Source of the DNA: Mayamaea pseudoterrestris
Taxonomy: Eukaryota
Assembly (NCBI GenBank): GCA_027923505.1
Contig: BROI01000027.1
Coordinates: 62,001 to 126,000, forward strand
Direction of reading: 5' to 3'
DNA: 64,000 nucleotides
Both the position numbers and the translations under genes were made by a program. The notes below the pieces were generated by a model. That model was not told the origin of the DNA. It saw only the letters and a program-made list of their open reading frames with translations, and ran no database searches. Numbering within the stretch: the stretch's first letter is position 1; every line of letters starts with the position of its first letter. Positions 39,325 to 50,092 of this stretch are shown piece after piece.

Positions 39325-40030
39325 GACTCAACGTCCCAACAACTTGTTGGATCTGCTAGCAGTGCACCTCAAGTGGCACTTCAGACTGCCAGAATGGCCT
39401 ATCAATTCTGTAATACAAAAACATTGTGTTTCAAATTGAATGGGACTCAAAGGCTTGTCATCTTGGGTGTGGAACCCATCCCTTTGCCATGAGACTCCGC
39501 ACATTCAACCAATGGTTGAATGTGCCAGCGGTGCACCCTTTTTGGCTACAGGAATCATCAGTGCTGCGTTCTAAGCCCTGAAAGCCTTTCCAATTCAAGT
39601 ATGGTGTCATGATGGGCCAATGATTTGGTCAGTTGCACCCATTCCAGTCTCCACCACCATGTATGCCATGGTGAGACTCAGCTTGCAGATCCAAAAACTT
39701 GTTGGATCTGCTAGCAGTGCACCTCAAGTGGCACTTCAGACTGCCTGCATGGCCTGCCAATACTGGAATACAATGAGCATTGTGGTTTTCATTCATTAAG
39801 GACTCAAAGGCTTTGCTTGTCACATTAGGTATGGAACCCATCCCTTGGCCATGAGACTTTGCACATTCAACCAATAGTTGAATGTGCCAGCGGTGCACCA
39901 TTTTTGGCTACAGGGATCTTCAGTGCAGCCTTCTGAGCCCTGAAATCCTTTCCAATTCATGTGTGTGTCATGATGAGCCAATGATTTGGTCAGTTGCACC
40001 CATTCCAGTCTCCACCACCATGTATGCCAT
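39325..40030 (+). repeat. Family G: diverged relative of F, ~355-bp unit, 2 copies
   Basis: aacttgttggatctgctagcagtgcacctc occurs at 39341 and 39696. The gccatgagact..gcacattcaac..gttgaatgtgc..gtgcacc segment is retained. Confidence 0.88.
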
Positions 40031-40034
40031 TGTG

Positions 40035-40875
40035 AAATGTCCATACCTTGAGCCATGTGTATGCCCAGATCAAGCTTGAATGGTGCTAACATCCTTATTT
40101 CAGATGAGCTACAAGATAAGTGGCCTGGCTGGCCCCTCGGTAGACTGCAATGTGACTGGTGTGAAATTCTCACCAGTCTCAGCCAGCAGATGTCGAAATT
40201 TTCAAATGTCCATACCTGAGCCATGTGTATGCCCAAATCAAGCCAGAATATTGCTAACATCCTTATTTCAGATGCGCTACAAGATGTTTTGCCTGGCTGG
40301 TCCCTCAAGGGATTGCAATGTGACTGGTGAGAAGTTCTCACCAGTCTCAGCCAGCAGATGCTGTTATATTTGAAATTCCCCCATACCTTGAGCCATGTGT
40401 ATGCCCAAATCAAGCCAGAATGGTGCTAACATTTTTATTTCAGATGCGCTACAAGATGGTTTGCCTGGCTGGTCCCTTGGTAGACTGCAATGTGATTGGT
40501 GGCAACTTGTCACCAGTCTCAGCCAGCAGATGCCGTAATTTTCAAATGTCCACACCGTGAGCCATGTGTATGCCCAAATCAAGCCAGAATGGTGCTAACA
40601 TCCTTATTTCAGATGCGCTACAAGTCAACTTTACAGGATAGTGTCTCCGTGGACTGAAATGTGATTGGTGACAACTTGTCACCAGTCGCAGCCAGCAGAT
40701 GCCATGCCCATACCTTGAGCCATGTCTATGCCCAAACCAAGCCAGAATGGTGCTAACATTCTTATTTTCGGTGCACTAAAATTGGATTGCCTGGCTGGTC
40801 CCTCGGTAGACTGCAATGTGACTGGTGAGAAGTTCTCACCAGTCTCAGCCAGCAGATGCCGTAATTTTTAAATGT
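40035..40875 (-). repeat. Family H: diverged, inverted copies of family D (~170 bp), ~5 copies
   Basis: ccagaatggtgctaacatccttatttcagatgcgctacaagatgg..caacttgtcaccagtctcagccagcagatgccg aligns with the reverse complement of the D monomer. Confidence 0.9.
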
Positions 40876-40876
40876 G

Positions 40877-41768
40877 TCAATCCTGTTTGGCTATGCTTGG
40901 AAACATGCTTGCGGTGAGATTGATGCATAAAAAATATCCATAGCTGATTTTTAGCAGCTACGGTATGGGAGGGCAGTTCCTACATTTACACAGGAACCAG
41001 CTCCATGGTGCTACAGTGCATGGCCTTTCAAACCTACCCTCAATTATAGTCTTGCTCCATCAATCCTGTTTGGCTATGCTTGGGGGCATGCTTGCAATGA
41101 GATTGGTGCAAAAAAGTTATCCATAGCGGATTCCTAGCAGCTACAGTATGGGAGGGCAGTTCAGACTACATACAGGAACCAGCTCCATGGTGCTACAGTG
41201 CATGGCCTTCCAAACCTATCCCCAATTGTAGTCTTGCTCCATCAATCCTGTTTGGCTATGCTTGAGGATATGCTTGCAATGAGATTGGTGCAAAAAAATT
41301 ATCCATAGCAGATTCCTAGCAGCTACAGTATGGGAGGGCAGGGCAGACATCCACACAGGAACCAGTTCCATGGTGCTACAGTGCATGGCCTTTCAAACCT
41401 ACCCTCAATTATAGTCTTGCTCCATCAATCCTGTTTGGCTATGCTTGGGGACATGCTTGCGGTGATCCATAGCATATTCCTAGCAGCTACAATTTGGGAG
41501 GGGCAGGGCAGACATCCACACAGGAACCAGCTCCATGGTGCTACAGTGCATGGCCTTTGCAAACATCAGATCTGTTGCGCTATGCTTGGTGACATGTTTG
41601 CAGTGAGATTGGTGCCAAAAAAAGTTTAGCTGACTTCAAGCAGCCATTGTATGGGAGGGCAGGGCAGACATCTCCACAGGAACCAGCTTCATGGTGCTAC
41701 ATTGCATGGCCTTCGCAAACATCGGATCTGTGTGGCTATGGTTGGGGATTTGTTTGCAGTGAGATTGG
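40877..41768 (+). repeat. Satellite family A, ~5 copies, same orientation as 5465-6452
   Basis: Same monomer as the left A block: tcaatcctgtttggctatgcttgg..gagattgg..gtatgggagggcag..caggaaccagctccatggtgctacagtgcatggcc. Confidence 0.93.
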
Positions 41769-41855
41769 TTACAGTAGTAAACTCCTACGAAGTCAATGAA
41801 ATTACTCCACATCAACCTTCGGCCATTATATTTATGCTACTTGAGTTTTAATTGA

Positions 41856-42943
41856 CTAGTTAAAGACAGCCATGGCAGCGGCTGCCCACCACTCTTCTGG
41901 CCGAAAAAAACGGTAGTTGTAATTTAAGCGTGCAATTGCCTCCATGTCCTCATCCTCCAACGTTAGTTTGCTTGCATTCCAGTTGTCTTGTTGATGCTCG
42001 ACTAAAGTGCTCTTGACGACGATGCTGGTTCCGCGCTGCAAAGCCCAGGCAATGCAAATTTGCGCCGGTGTTGCCTTGTATTTGCTCGCCAAGTTAATGA
42101 TGGCAGCATCCTGCAAAAGCAAGACGGATTCCTCACTGCTAGGTGATGCTCCCAAAGGAATGTAGGCTTGAAAGTGGATATTTCGATGGTTGCAGTAGGC
42201 CATGAGCTTTGTATTCTGCAAGTATGGGTGGGCTTCGCACTGGTTAATGACTGGCAAAGGTTCCTTGCCTTGACTCAGTAGCTCATGCAGCAACATGACT
42301 GGAAAATTCGAAACGCCAATATGCCGGACGAGTCCCTTGCGTACCAGTTCCTGCATGCTTGCCCTACGGTATGGAAGGAATGATTGCGTTTGAGAAGGGT
42401 GCAATACGGATGCATAGCGTAGGCTCGCCGTTCGTCGTCGCTGTAACGGACAGTCGCTCACCATGTTTCATGTATGCTCACTGTCGGATCAATCCTGCTC
42501 CCGTTTGCACTGTCATCAATGTCTTCATTATCATAACCTCTCTTGTCAAACTGAACCATTCCTTCCTTGTAGTAGAATGCGACTGGCCAATGAATAAGGT
42601 ACAAGTCCAAATACTCCAGTCTCAAGTCGCTCAGAGTCTTTTTTACAGCCAGTTCCACATGCCGATGCATTGGACAAGGAAGCTTGCTGACAATGAACAA
42701 ATCTTGGCGTGAAACAATCCCTTCCTGAATGGCTTCCAGTAAGGCATCACCGACTGCGTCTTCGTTAAAGTAAACGGGTGCCGTGTCGATTCGTCGATAG
42801 CCAATCTCAAGAGCCGATCGAATGGCAGACCGTACTTGAGACTTTTCCATCAGATACGTTCCTAGTCCAATTTGGTGGGCGGGATTGTTGAACACGGCGT
42901 TACAAGATGCAGCAGGTGCCGCGACCGAAGTATTGGACGACAT
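41856..42943 (-). CDS. Aldo-keto reductase (2 exons; intron 42364-42461; ~329 aa)
   Basis: AKR motifs IGLGT, IDTAPVY (catalytic D/Y), SKL, LDLYLIHWP and IGVSNF. A 98-nt GT-AG intron joins the two ORFs in frame (HETW-ASMQE). Confidence 0.93.
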
Positions 42944-43290
42944 GCTCGCTGCGGACGAATATACGAAGTTAAGTAATGACAATGGGGCTAGAAATTTGTG
43001 TTTTTTGGTACTCGGAAGTGGAATCATCTGATAAGGATGTCGTCGGGCTAGCCAGAGACATCCATGTTGCGTTTTGTGTCGGCAAATCTTCATGGTGACA
43101 CGCGAAGGAAAGCAGCCGCGCCGTTTCTTTCCAAGCAGTGTCGTAGCGGTGTTCGCGTATGAATCAAAGAGTACGAGCGACTCCGCGTGACAAGGTGCGC
43201 CGCTCCGCCATCTTTCGCAGCGGCAGCAGCAGCAGCGCATCACTATGTTCCAAGTTGGGAGAATAGACACACCCAATTGGATCCAGCATA

Positions 43291-46200
43291 ATGTTTACAG
43301 GTCTTTTAAAGACTACAAACTCCTCGGTCCGTAGCGGCGTCGACATGGCGGCTCCACCGCCTCCTTCGCAGGACTTGGAGGATACGAATAGTCCGCCATC
43401 AGCCGAAGGCTTGAACATTCACCTCAAAGTCATCACTCCAGTCCTCCAAGACTTTCATGGAGCGCAACTAATCGACAAGACGGAAGAATTGATCCAAAGT
43501 ACTAGTGTATTGATTTTTGGAAGAAGCTGGTGTCCTCTTTACAAGGATGCAGTGGAACTCTTGACGCAAGCCTTGACGATTGATACCAGTGTCATTCTCC
43601 TGGATGAAATGGAGCATCGACAAGCCAAGTTAATTTTGAATTACCTGAAGAAACGAGTCGATAAATTCAAGTCGACTCCAGTCATATTCATTCGCGGCAA
43701 TTGCATTGGCGGCTGCCGCGAGCTCTTTGATCTTTACACGTCAAATCATTTGGAGCGCTACACGCTGCGCGGACTCTTTCAGCGCGTCCGGGCGCTGCAT
43801 ACGGAGCGAGTGGAAACATCCAAGCTGCTTCCAAAGTATCGCGGCAAGGCGGTTCTCTTGCCAGCGTGGTTTCCGGCCCATGTCAATGACTATGAGGTTC
43901 GACTTTCGTCGGCAGTTTTGGCATGTTTGAGTCTTGTGGCGGCGGCCATGGTGTTTACAAATATTGACTCGGCGCGATGGATTGTGTTCGTCATGGCGCT
44001 TGATCAGTTTGCCTGCGCGCTTGCTGGACCGTCTATTTCACCGTTTGGATCGATTGCAATGGCATTTGTGGCGCGTAAGAAACCTGATTTGTATCCGGGT
44101 GCATGTAAGCAGGTGACGGCAATCGCTGGCTGCGCCTTGGCTAGTGTTGCATGTATCGTATTCTTTCTTGGCCATAAAAATGAGGCGAGTAGTCCAGAAG
44201 CGTCGGTCGGGGCAGTCGGCTACTTTGGGTGTGGTGTTATGATTATTTTGGCAGTCATGTGGGGTCTTGAAGCTTCTTCGGGAGTCGAAGTTGGAAAGCG
44301 TGTTTTGAACATTGGTTTTCGCATCGGCCTTCTCCCTGACAAGCTGTATCGAACGCATTTGCTGACTCACAAGGAAGCTCTCGATACGTGGTTGTACCGC
44401 TTCACTCTTTCCGATTCACCCAAGCCGATTCTCGGGCAACCAAATCGTTATAACCCGCTTGCGTTAAAGTATAAGAAGAAGTCAGAGGAGTGGGGTAAGG
44501 ACGACTTTGATCCTATACGCCACATGCGCATCACATACTTTGTAATGCCGGCGTCGATTGCTGGTTTGGCTCTTGTTTACAAGATTGGTGGCTCGCTCAA
44601 CACAAGCAAACTAATTCCTGTTTCGGACGACACGTTGACGATTCTTCGGATTCAGGATGCTTGGTTCCAAGCCTTCTCTTCTGTTGCTGCCTTTATCTTC
44701 ATCTTCATGATGTTCATGTATTTTACCAAGGCACTAATCTTTGTCGACAAGGTTAAAAAAGAGTGGTACTGTCCTGAGCAAGCCACATCGTTTAGCTACA
44801 TTTTCATTTCCTGCATAATTTTTGGATTTCTGCTTTACGGCAACGGTGACGCGAACGTGGATCCCAATCACGACTCTTCTACTCAAGTTCTAGGCCGTGT
44901 CTTGTATTGGGTCGGCTCTCTCGCGCATGTCATCTTTTCTATAATGAAATTGGCAGAATGGATCGGTCGCCGCTTGGAGCTTGACCATATTCATGCCAAC
45001 TGGGCCCTTCTTCCCATTGGACTGGCATTGGCTGGATTTTGCACTCCGATTGTTGGCGCTTTGTCACACCATGGGCCATTCAACAACGGAAACGCATGGC
45101 TCGGTCGATTTTATCTGGCGTTTGCGCAAATCATTTTCACACCAATCTATGTCATTACGCTATACAGGGCATTTACAAGCCACAACAGCGACTTTCGTGA
45201 GCGACATGGAATGTGGTTGTGGGTTGCCGCTCAGTGTATGCTTGGCTTGTCTGACTACACCATTTGCGAATATGACTACAGCAATCGAGTTAGTGACTCG
45301 GCCCTTGGAACTCCGGGATCGGCTCCGTTGAACCCGCTCCTCTGCGGGGATCGCCCAGTAAGAACAGTCGCTGGCGGCGTCTTTCTCTTTCTGGTCTTGT
45401 GTTGGGCCACGCTTCCAAGAAATGGTTTTTTCTTTCGTGAAGAATTCCACATGGGGTACTGGACGATTTGTTTCGCTCTCAATATACTGTCCGCCGCCGC
45501 AACATTTTTCTACACGACGAATGGATGGTATCTTGGCCTGATTGCCGAAATGATAACCATCGTTTGTTCTGCCTTTGCCCACGTTGTTGTCTTTATGCAT
45601 ACGGTAACCGGTTTGATTCGAAAGCATGGTGTATGCACGTCGGCTGATAGATATGGTCCGCTCAGCATTATAAGGTACACACATTCTGCCATGCGAGAAT
45701 CTCGGGAGAAATTGGAGTACTTTCTTTTGACAATAGATCTTGACGACGAGTCGCCAGAGAGTCGTGATAATCTTGGCATCTTTGCGGCGCATTTTAATCA
45801 CTTCCGCATTGTTCACGAGGAGCACATGCTGCACGACCAGATTCTCATCAATGCGGTTCGTGAACTCTTTCCACGACGTGGGAGAAGGTGCGACGATGAC
45901 CATCGAGATTTGGAGGCAGCGGTTGTCGAGTTTAGCGCGTTGATCAACATGGTGCTAGATCCAGATGTTGCTTTAGACCAGCGCAAGGATATAGTAGCGC
46001 AGCTGCAGCTACAGCTTCCGTCATTTTTTCACCGGCACGAACGGCATTTAATGAGCGAAGAATTCGACGTGCTTCCAGTTGGCGAAAAGTACTTGTCGCT
46101 TTCAATGACTGTTGAGCTGGTGCGGGAAATGTGGAAGGTGACTCCGCCGGAGAAGTGGGACGGTAAGTTGATGATATTAACAACGAGTGGATATGCTCCC

Positions 46201-46455
46201 ATCCTAATCTTACAGTACTGACCATTGCCTTTTCCAATCTCCTCAGTGATCATTGACTTCACTTTGAACAACTTGCCTCGTCACACGCAACGAGTTCGGT
46301 TTTTAAAGGTGCTCATCTGGTGCATGCCGGAAAGATCGCAACAAATTGGTTCCATGGCCTATCGAAACGTTGACGCAATCATGTGGGAGCGATTGCGTTG
46401 TGACGTTCCGGCGATTGTCCCTCGTGGGCTGCCGCACTGGAGACGCGACTACTAG
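43291..46455 (+). CDS. Multi-domain membrane protein: glutaredoxin-like + DUF4395-like + SLAC1/TDT anion-channel-like + hemerythrin-like (2 exons; intron 46163-46246; ~1026 aa)
   Basis: Grx: IFGRSWCPLY..STPVIFIRGNCIGGCREL. DUF4395-like: VNDYEVR..SPFG..PGACKQVTAIAG..LEASSGVEVG. TDT-like ~10-TM block: RHMRITYFVMPASIAGL, KVKKEWYCPEQATSF, FHMGYWTICFAL. Hemerythrin-like: HSAMR, HEEHMLHD, DDDH, HERHLMSEE. An 84-nt GT-AG intron joins the C-terminal ORF in frame. Confidence 0.78.
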
Positions 46456-46508
46456 TTTCGCGCATTCTAATGATGAATAATATTATGCATGTTGTATGTT
46501 TGCTTATT

Positions 46509-47351
46509 CTATGTTTGTGAAACAATTAGTTGGCGAGCCTTTTCAATCTCAGTCGGCGGAACAATCTTCAAGTACTGCTGCATGGCATTCACAGCTTGCT
46601 GCGAATACTTGTACAAGTCGTCCTTTGATTCCTCAGAGTGTGCAATTAAATAGTCGATTTCGGCTTGCATTGCCTCGACGGCAGTGAGAAAATCGTTTCG
46701 GAGTAAATACGCCAGTGACTGACTGCTATTTGGAACTGCTCCTCCTGCCAAGTAGACATTGGCTCGGTCTGGATCCGAAAAGTAGATATTGTCGGCAAAA
46801 GAGTTGAAAACTTTCTTCATTTGAATCTTTTCGTATTTTGGCTGCAACAAAATCCGTTGCGCCTCTGATAGCTGCGGTTCCTCCTTGTGGACTAGCGCAT
46901 CAATCTTTTGCATGTCGTCAACCATGAATAGAATGGGTACAAGAAGCTTGGCATACTGTTCGGCGCTGGATAATTTGGCATCTCCACGTTCCAATTCGCC
47001 ACCATACTTTACTTGGTCAGCTTCCGCTTGGTTCCATATTCGAAACTGCTCCAGCACCGAGTTCGTCAATGGATTGGCTCGAAAGAGACGGTCGTCGGCA
47101 GCGCACGAGGAGCGTGGAAGCGATACAGTCAAACCAAGCGCTAGACAAGCTCCCTTTATAAGATTTCGACGATGAGGAATATTGAATGCATCGTTGTGGT
47201 CTTGCGCGTGTAAATTATCATTCGAGGCTTTAGCTGCTAAGAATGTTTTGGAAGCGTGACCGCAAGTGGAAAACCGTGGTCCAGCGATTAGTGCGGATGC
47301 GAACGGCAAAAGGTTCAGCATTCCAAATGCAATTGCGCTAGTAATTCTCAT
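46509..47351 (-). CDS. Nuclear-encoded plastid protein, probably thylakoid lumen (Tat), helical, function unknown
   Basis: Signal peptide ends ASA|L (ASAFAP-like), followed by a transit region, then a twin-arginine HRRNLI, a hydrophobic stretch and an SCAA cleavage-like site. Confidence 0.8.
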   Translation of the reverse strand: MRITSAIAFGMLNLLPFASALIAGPRFSTCGHASKTFLAAKASNDNLHAQDHNDAFNIPHRRNLIKGACLALGLTVSLPRSSCAADDRLFRANPLTNSVLEQFRIWNQAEADQVKYGGELERGDAKLSSAEQYAKLLVPILFMVDDMQKIDALVHKEEPQLSEAQRILLQPKYEKIQMKKVFNSFADNIYFSDPDRANVYLAGGAVPNSSQSLAYLLRNDFLTAVEAMQAEIDYLIAHSEESKDDLYKYSQQAVNAMQQYLKIVPPTEIEKARQLIVSQT

Positions 47352-47784
47352 TCTAAGCTTCTGTCTAATGCCAATGCTGATTACCAGGAGCTCCAGCGAG
47401 GTGATGGCGATTGACTAAAACAAACCGACAATTTCGTGCATCAAGACACGGACGTTCGTTCCTGCCGCGCTGATGGCATGAGTCAGTATCCAAGTACCGC
47501 TACGACTTTACGTAGTTGGGCGACGTTGGCAGCACCTCCCGCCCCAAGTTCGCAAAGGTAAGCACTACCCGTACCTCTCGAGATAGAAAGCGAACAAGAG
47601 TGCATGCTTGTGCCTTGACAAATTGCTCGTTGTCCCGCCGAAGCTTGAATAGCAGTCATCAGGGACGGTTCTTGGATGAAGGCAAAGACTACCTATTGGA
47701 AATAATACGCATCGACGCAACTTATACCGCTGTATCACCAAAACTTTCAGTCATTAATATATGTATGTTAAAGCTCAACCCAAC

Positions 47785-49946
47785 TTAAAGAAACTTTGTT
47801 GCCTTCTTCTGGAGAATGAAGAGACCCAACAGGCGGAAGAAGAGAAACAAGCAGCAGAGAACGATCCAATACCACCAGGTATCATCCGGTTCGGCTCCAA
47901 CTTGGTCCAACAATTGATCACACGCCAAGCTCGCCTCCAAATCCTTTGTCGCCGCACCGCAATTCTCAAACTCGGCCACCAAAATGATGCGCAGCGAATA
48001 GGTGAGAGTGCACAAGTACTGCGGCCAACGCAGCCACACTGGAATCAAGTCTGGCGCAACGAAAAAGCCAGCAAACAACATTTGCGGCACAAACAGCAGC
48101 GGCACCAATTCTTGACCAAGCTTGGGATCACCCACCGAGCAGCCCAGACAGACGGCCAACGCAGTGCTTGCCATGCCCAACATGTAGACGCTGACAAAGA
48201 ACATGCCGAACGATGTTTGGAATCCAATCATAAAGTAGGCAATGATGCACTGGACCAATACTTGAGCCGCAGTAATGGCCGCTTCCACAATGAACTTGGA
48301 AATAAAGTACGAAATGACGGAATAGTGGGACGTTGAGTATTCACGAAGAAAGACCGGACGCTCGGCGGGAAAAGCAAGAAGGGTTGGTTGGGCCTGATAA
48401 AAGTAGAAGAGGATAGTGTGAACAACGAGTTGGCATATCGGCACCTGCCGTCGTAACCTTTGACTCGCAATTAATGCAACGTACCGTTCCGAACATGGCC
48501 ATGAGCATAGTCATGATCAGCGCTCCAAAATGACTCTGCAAGTTGGTCGGCTTCAAAGGATCCGTCTCTCCAACGTTCAGAAATAACGTTCCCACCAAGG
48601 TTGCTAGGAAAATGGTAATGGAGAAGCGCGCAATGAGCGCCACAGTGTCGCGCGTCAAATTCTTGAACTCGCGCTCAAACAACATGATTGTCTGCGTCAC
48701 AACGCCTGGCGGTGGGGCATCCGTTCCGGGGCTCGTGCCGCCCGCCATGCTGCGACGCTTAGTAATGGTCATGCCGAGGGCATTCTTGGAGCTGTCGGCT
48801 TCAAACGGTTCCTCAATGTCGCGGTCGTCCGCTGGAAAGAAGTCGGCCTTGTTCAATTCCTCCAAAGGTACGGACTGGGCCACATTCATGATCCAATCAG
48901 CCGGATTGTAGTGGGGAGGACAAGGCTGTCCTCTGGCACCAAAGTAATCAGGTACACCTCCGACGGATCCCTGGTACATGCAGCGACCCTTGTTCAACAA
49001 AATTAGGTGATCAAATGAGTTGAAAATTTCAGACGACGGCTGATGAATGGTGAACAAAACACTAGCGCCAGCGTTCGCCACCTTCTTCAGCACCTGACAG
49101 AGCTGAACCGCGCTGAACGAATCCAAACCTGCAGAAGGAAATGAGCAGGTGATGAGACGACAGTAGTGATTATCGTTAAACCATACAATGATTGCCAACA
49201 TAACGTACCACTCGTCGGCTCATCCAAAAAGACTAGCGCTGGCTTGGTCACCAACTCGACTCCAACACTAGTACGCTTGCGTTCACCGCCCGAAATACCC
49301 TTGATGAGTGCGCCTCCGACAATGGTATCGGCGCAGCTTGTCAGACCAAGCTCGGTCAACATGCGACTCGTCAACTTGTCCAGCTGCGAGTTCTTCGTTG
49401 TTCGTGGCAGCCGCAGCTTGGCCGAGAAGCGAATCGCTTCACGAGGTGTCGCCGTGACTTGGAGTGAGTCATCCTGCGCGACGAAGGCAATGTACTGACG
49501 AACCTCAATGTTGGTGGGGTCGACCGAGTAGTTGTTCAGGCGAATGTCCGATGAAATGGAGAGGCGACCGCGGGAACTGGCGCGTCCGGCAAGAATGTTC
49601 AACAGCGACGATTTTCCTGTAAAAGGATTGATTATAATGAGAATCATTTTGTGTAGATATAACCAGCTCATTGCATATTCTGTAGCTTACCTGCCCCAGA
49701 AGGACCCATGATGGCCGTCGTTTCCTTGGCGGGAACCTCTCCCCAAACATTGTCCAACAAGACGCGCTCCTTCTCCTTGCCAGAGGCGGCTAGCTTCATG
49801 TTAACATTGCGCCAAACAAGTGTTTTGCCCTCGCGAGGGGCAAAGGGATCCGTGGATCGTTCAAGCATGCTTTCGTTCCGACGAAATCCCTTGCCTCCGC
49901 CCTCAGCGTCATCAAGATTCTTGTTCATGTCAATGTTGGGAGACAT
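47785..49946 (-). CDS. ABCG (White-like) half-size ABC transporter (4 exons; introns 49617-49690, 49129-49208, 48394-48484; ~638 aa)
   Basis: Walker A GPSGAGKS, signature ISGGERKR, Walker B FLDEPTSGLDS, H-loop TIHQP, NPADW, and a C-terminal TMD with ERPVFLRE. Three GT-AG introns restore one frame. Confidence 0.95.
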
Positions 49947-50068
49947 TTATACAGTCTTGTTTTGTTCCTCTTCTTCTGACTACCTGTGAATTGTGAGTTT
50001 GGCCAGAAATTGCTTTGATGGCCAAGGAGGATGTTCGTTGGCAGGAACAATCAGGAACGCGGACGTGG

Positions 50069-50092
50069 TCATCATCATCATCATCATCATCA
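50069..50092. repeat. (TCA)8 microsatellite upstream of the ABCG gene
   Basis: A tcatcatca... run is directly visible. Confidence 0.85.

Larger units (their letters stand above)
4700..41770. repeat. ~37 kb gene-free composite satellite island
   Basis: Near-continuous tandem arrays of several families (listed separately). No credible protein-coding gene lies between 4111 and 41856. Confidence 0.95.

Noticed and set aside
4400..41850. Whole island as a single transposon (LTR, Helitron or TIR element)
   Set aside because: I found no transposase, RT or Rep-helicase remnants and no convincing TIRs or target-site duplication. The tactgta/tacagta pair near the edges is too short to count. Not fully excluded.
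42944..43276. N-terminal extension of the AKR ORF in the ORF track
   Set aside because: It starts at a non-ATG codon and spans the divergent promoter region shared with the 43291 gene. AKR similarity begins only after the ATG at 42943.
47761..48336. 191-aa plus-strand ORF and other antisense ORFs over the ABCG, JmjC, PAN2 and M43 genes
   Set aside because: They are shadow frames opposite or overlapping well-supported genes.
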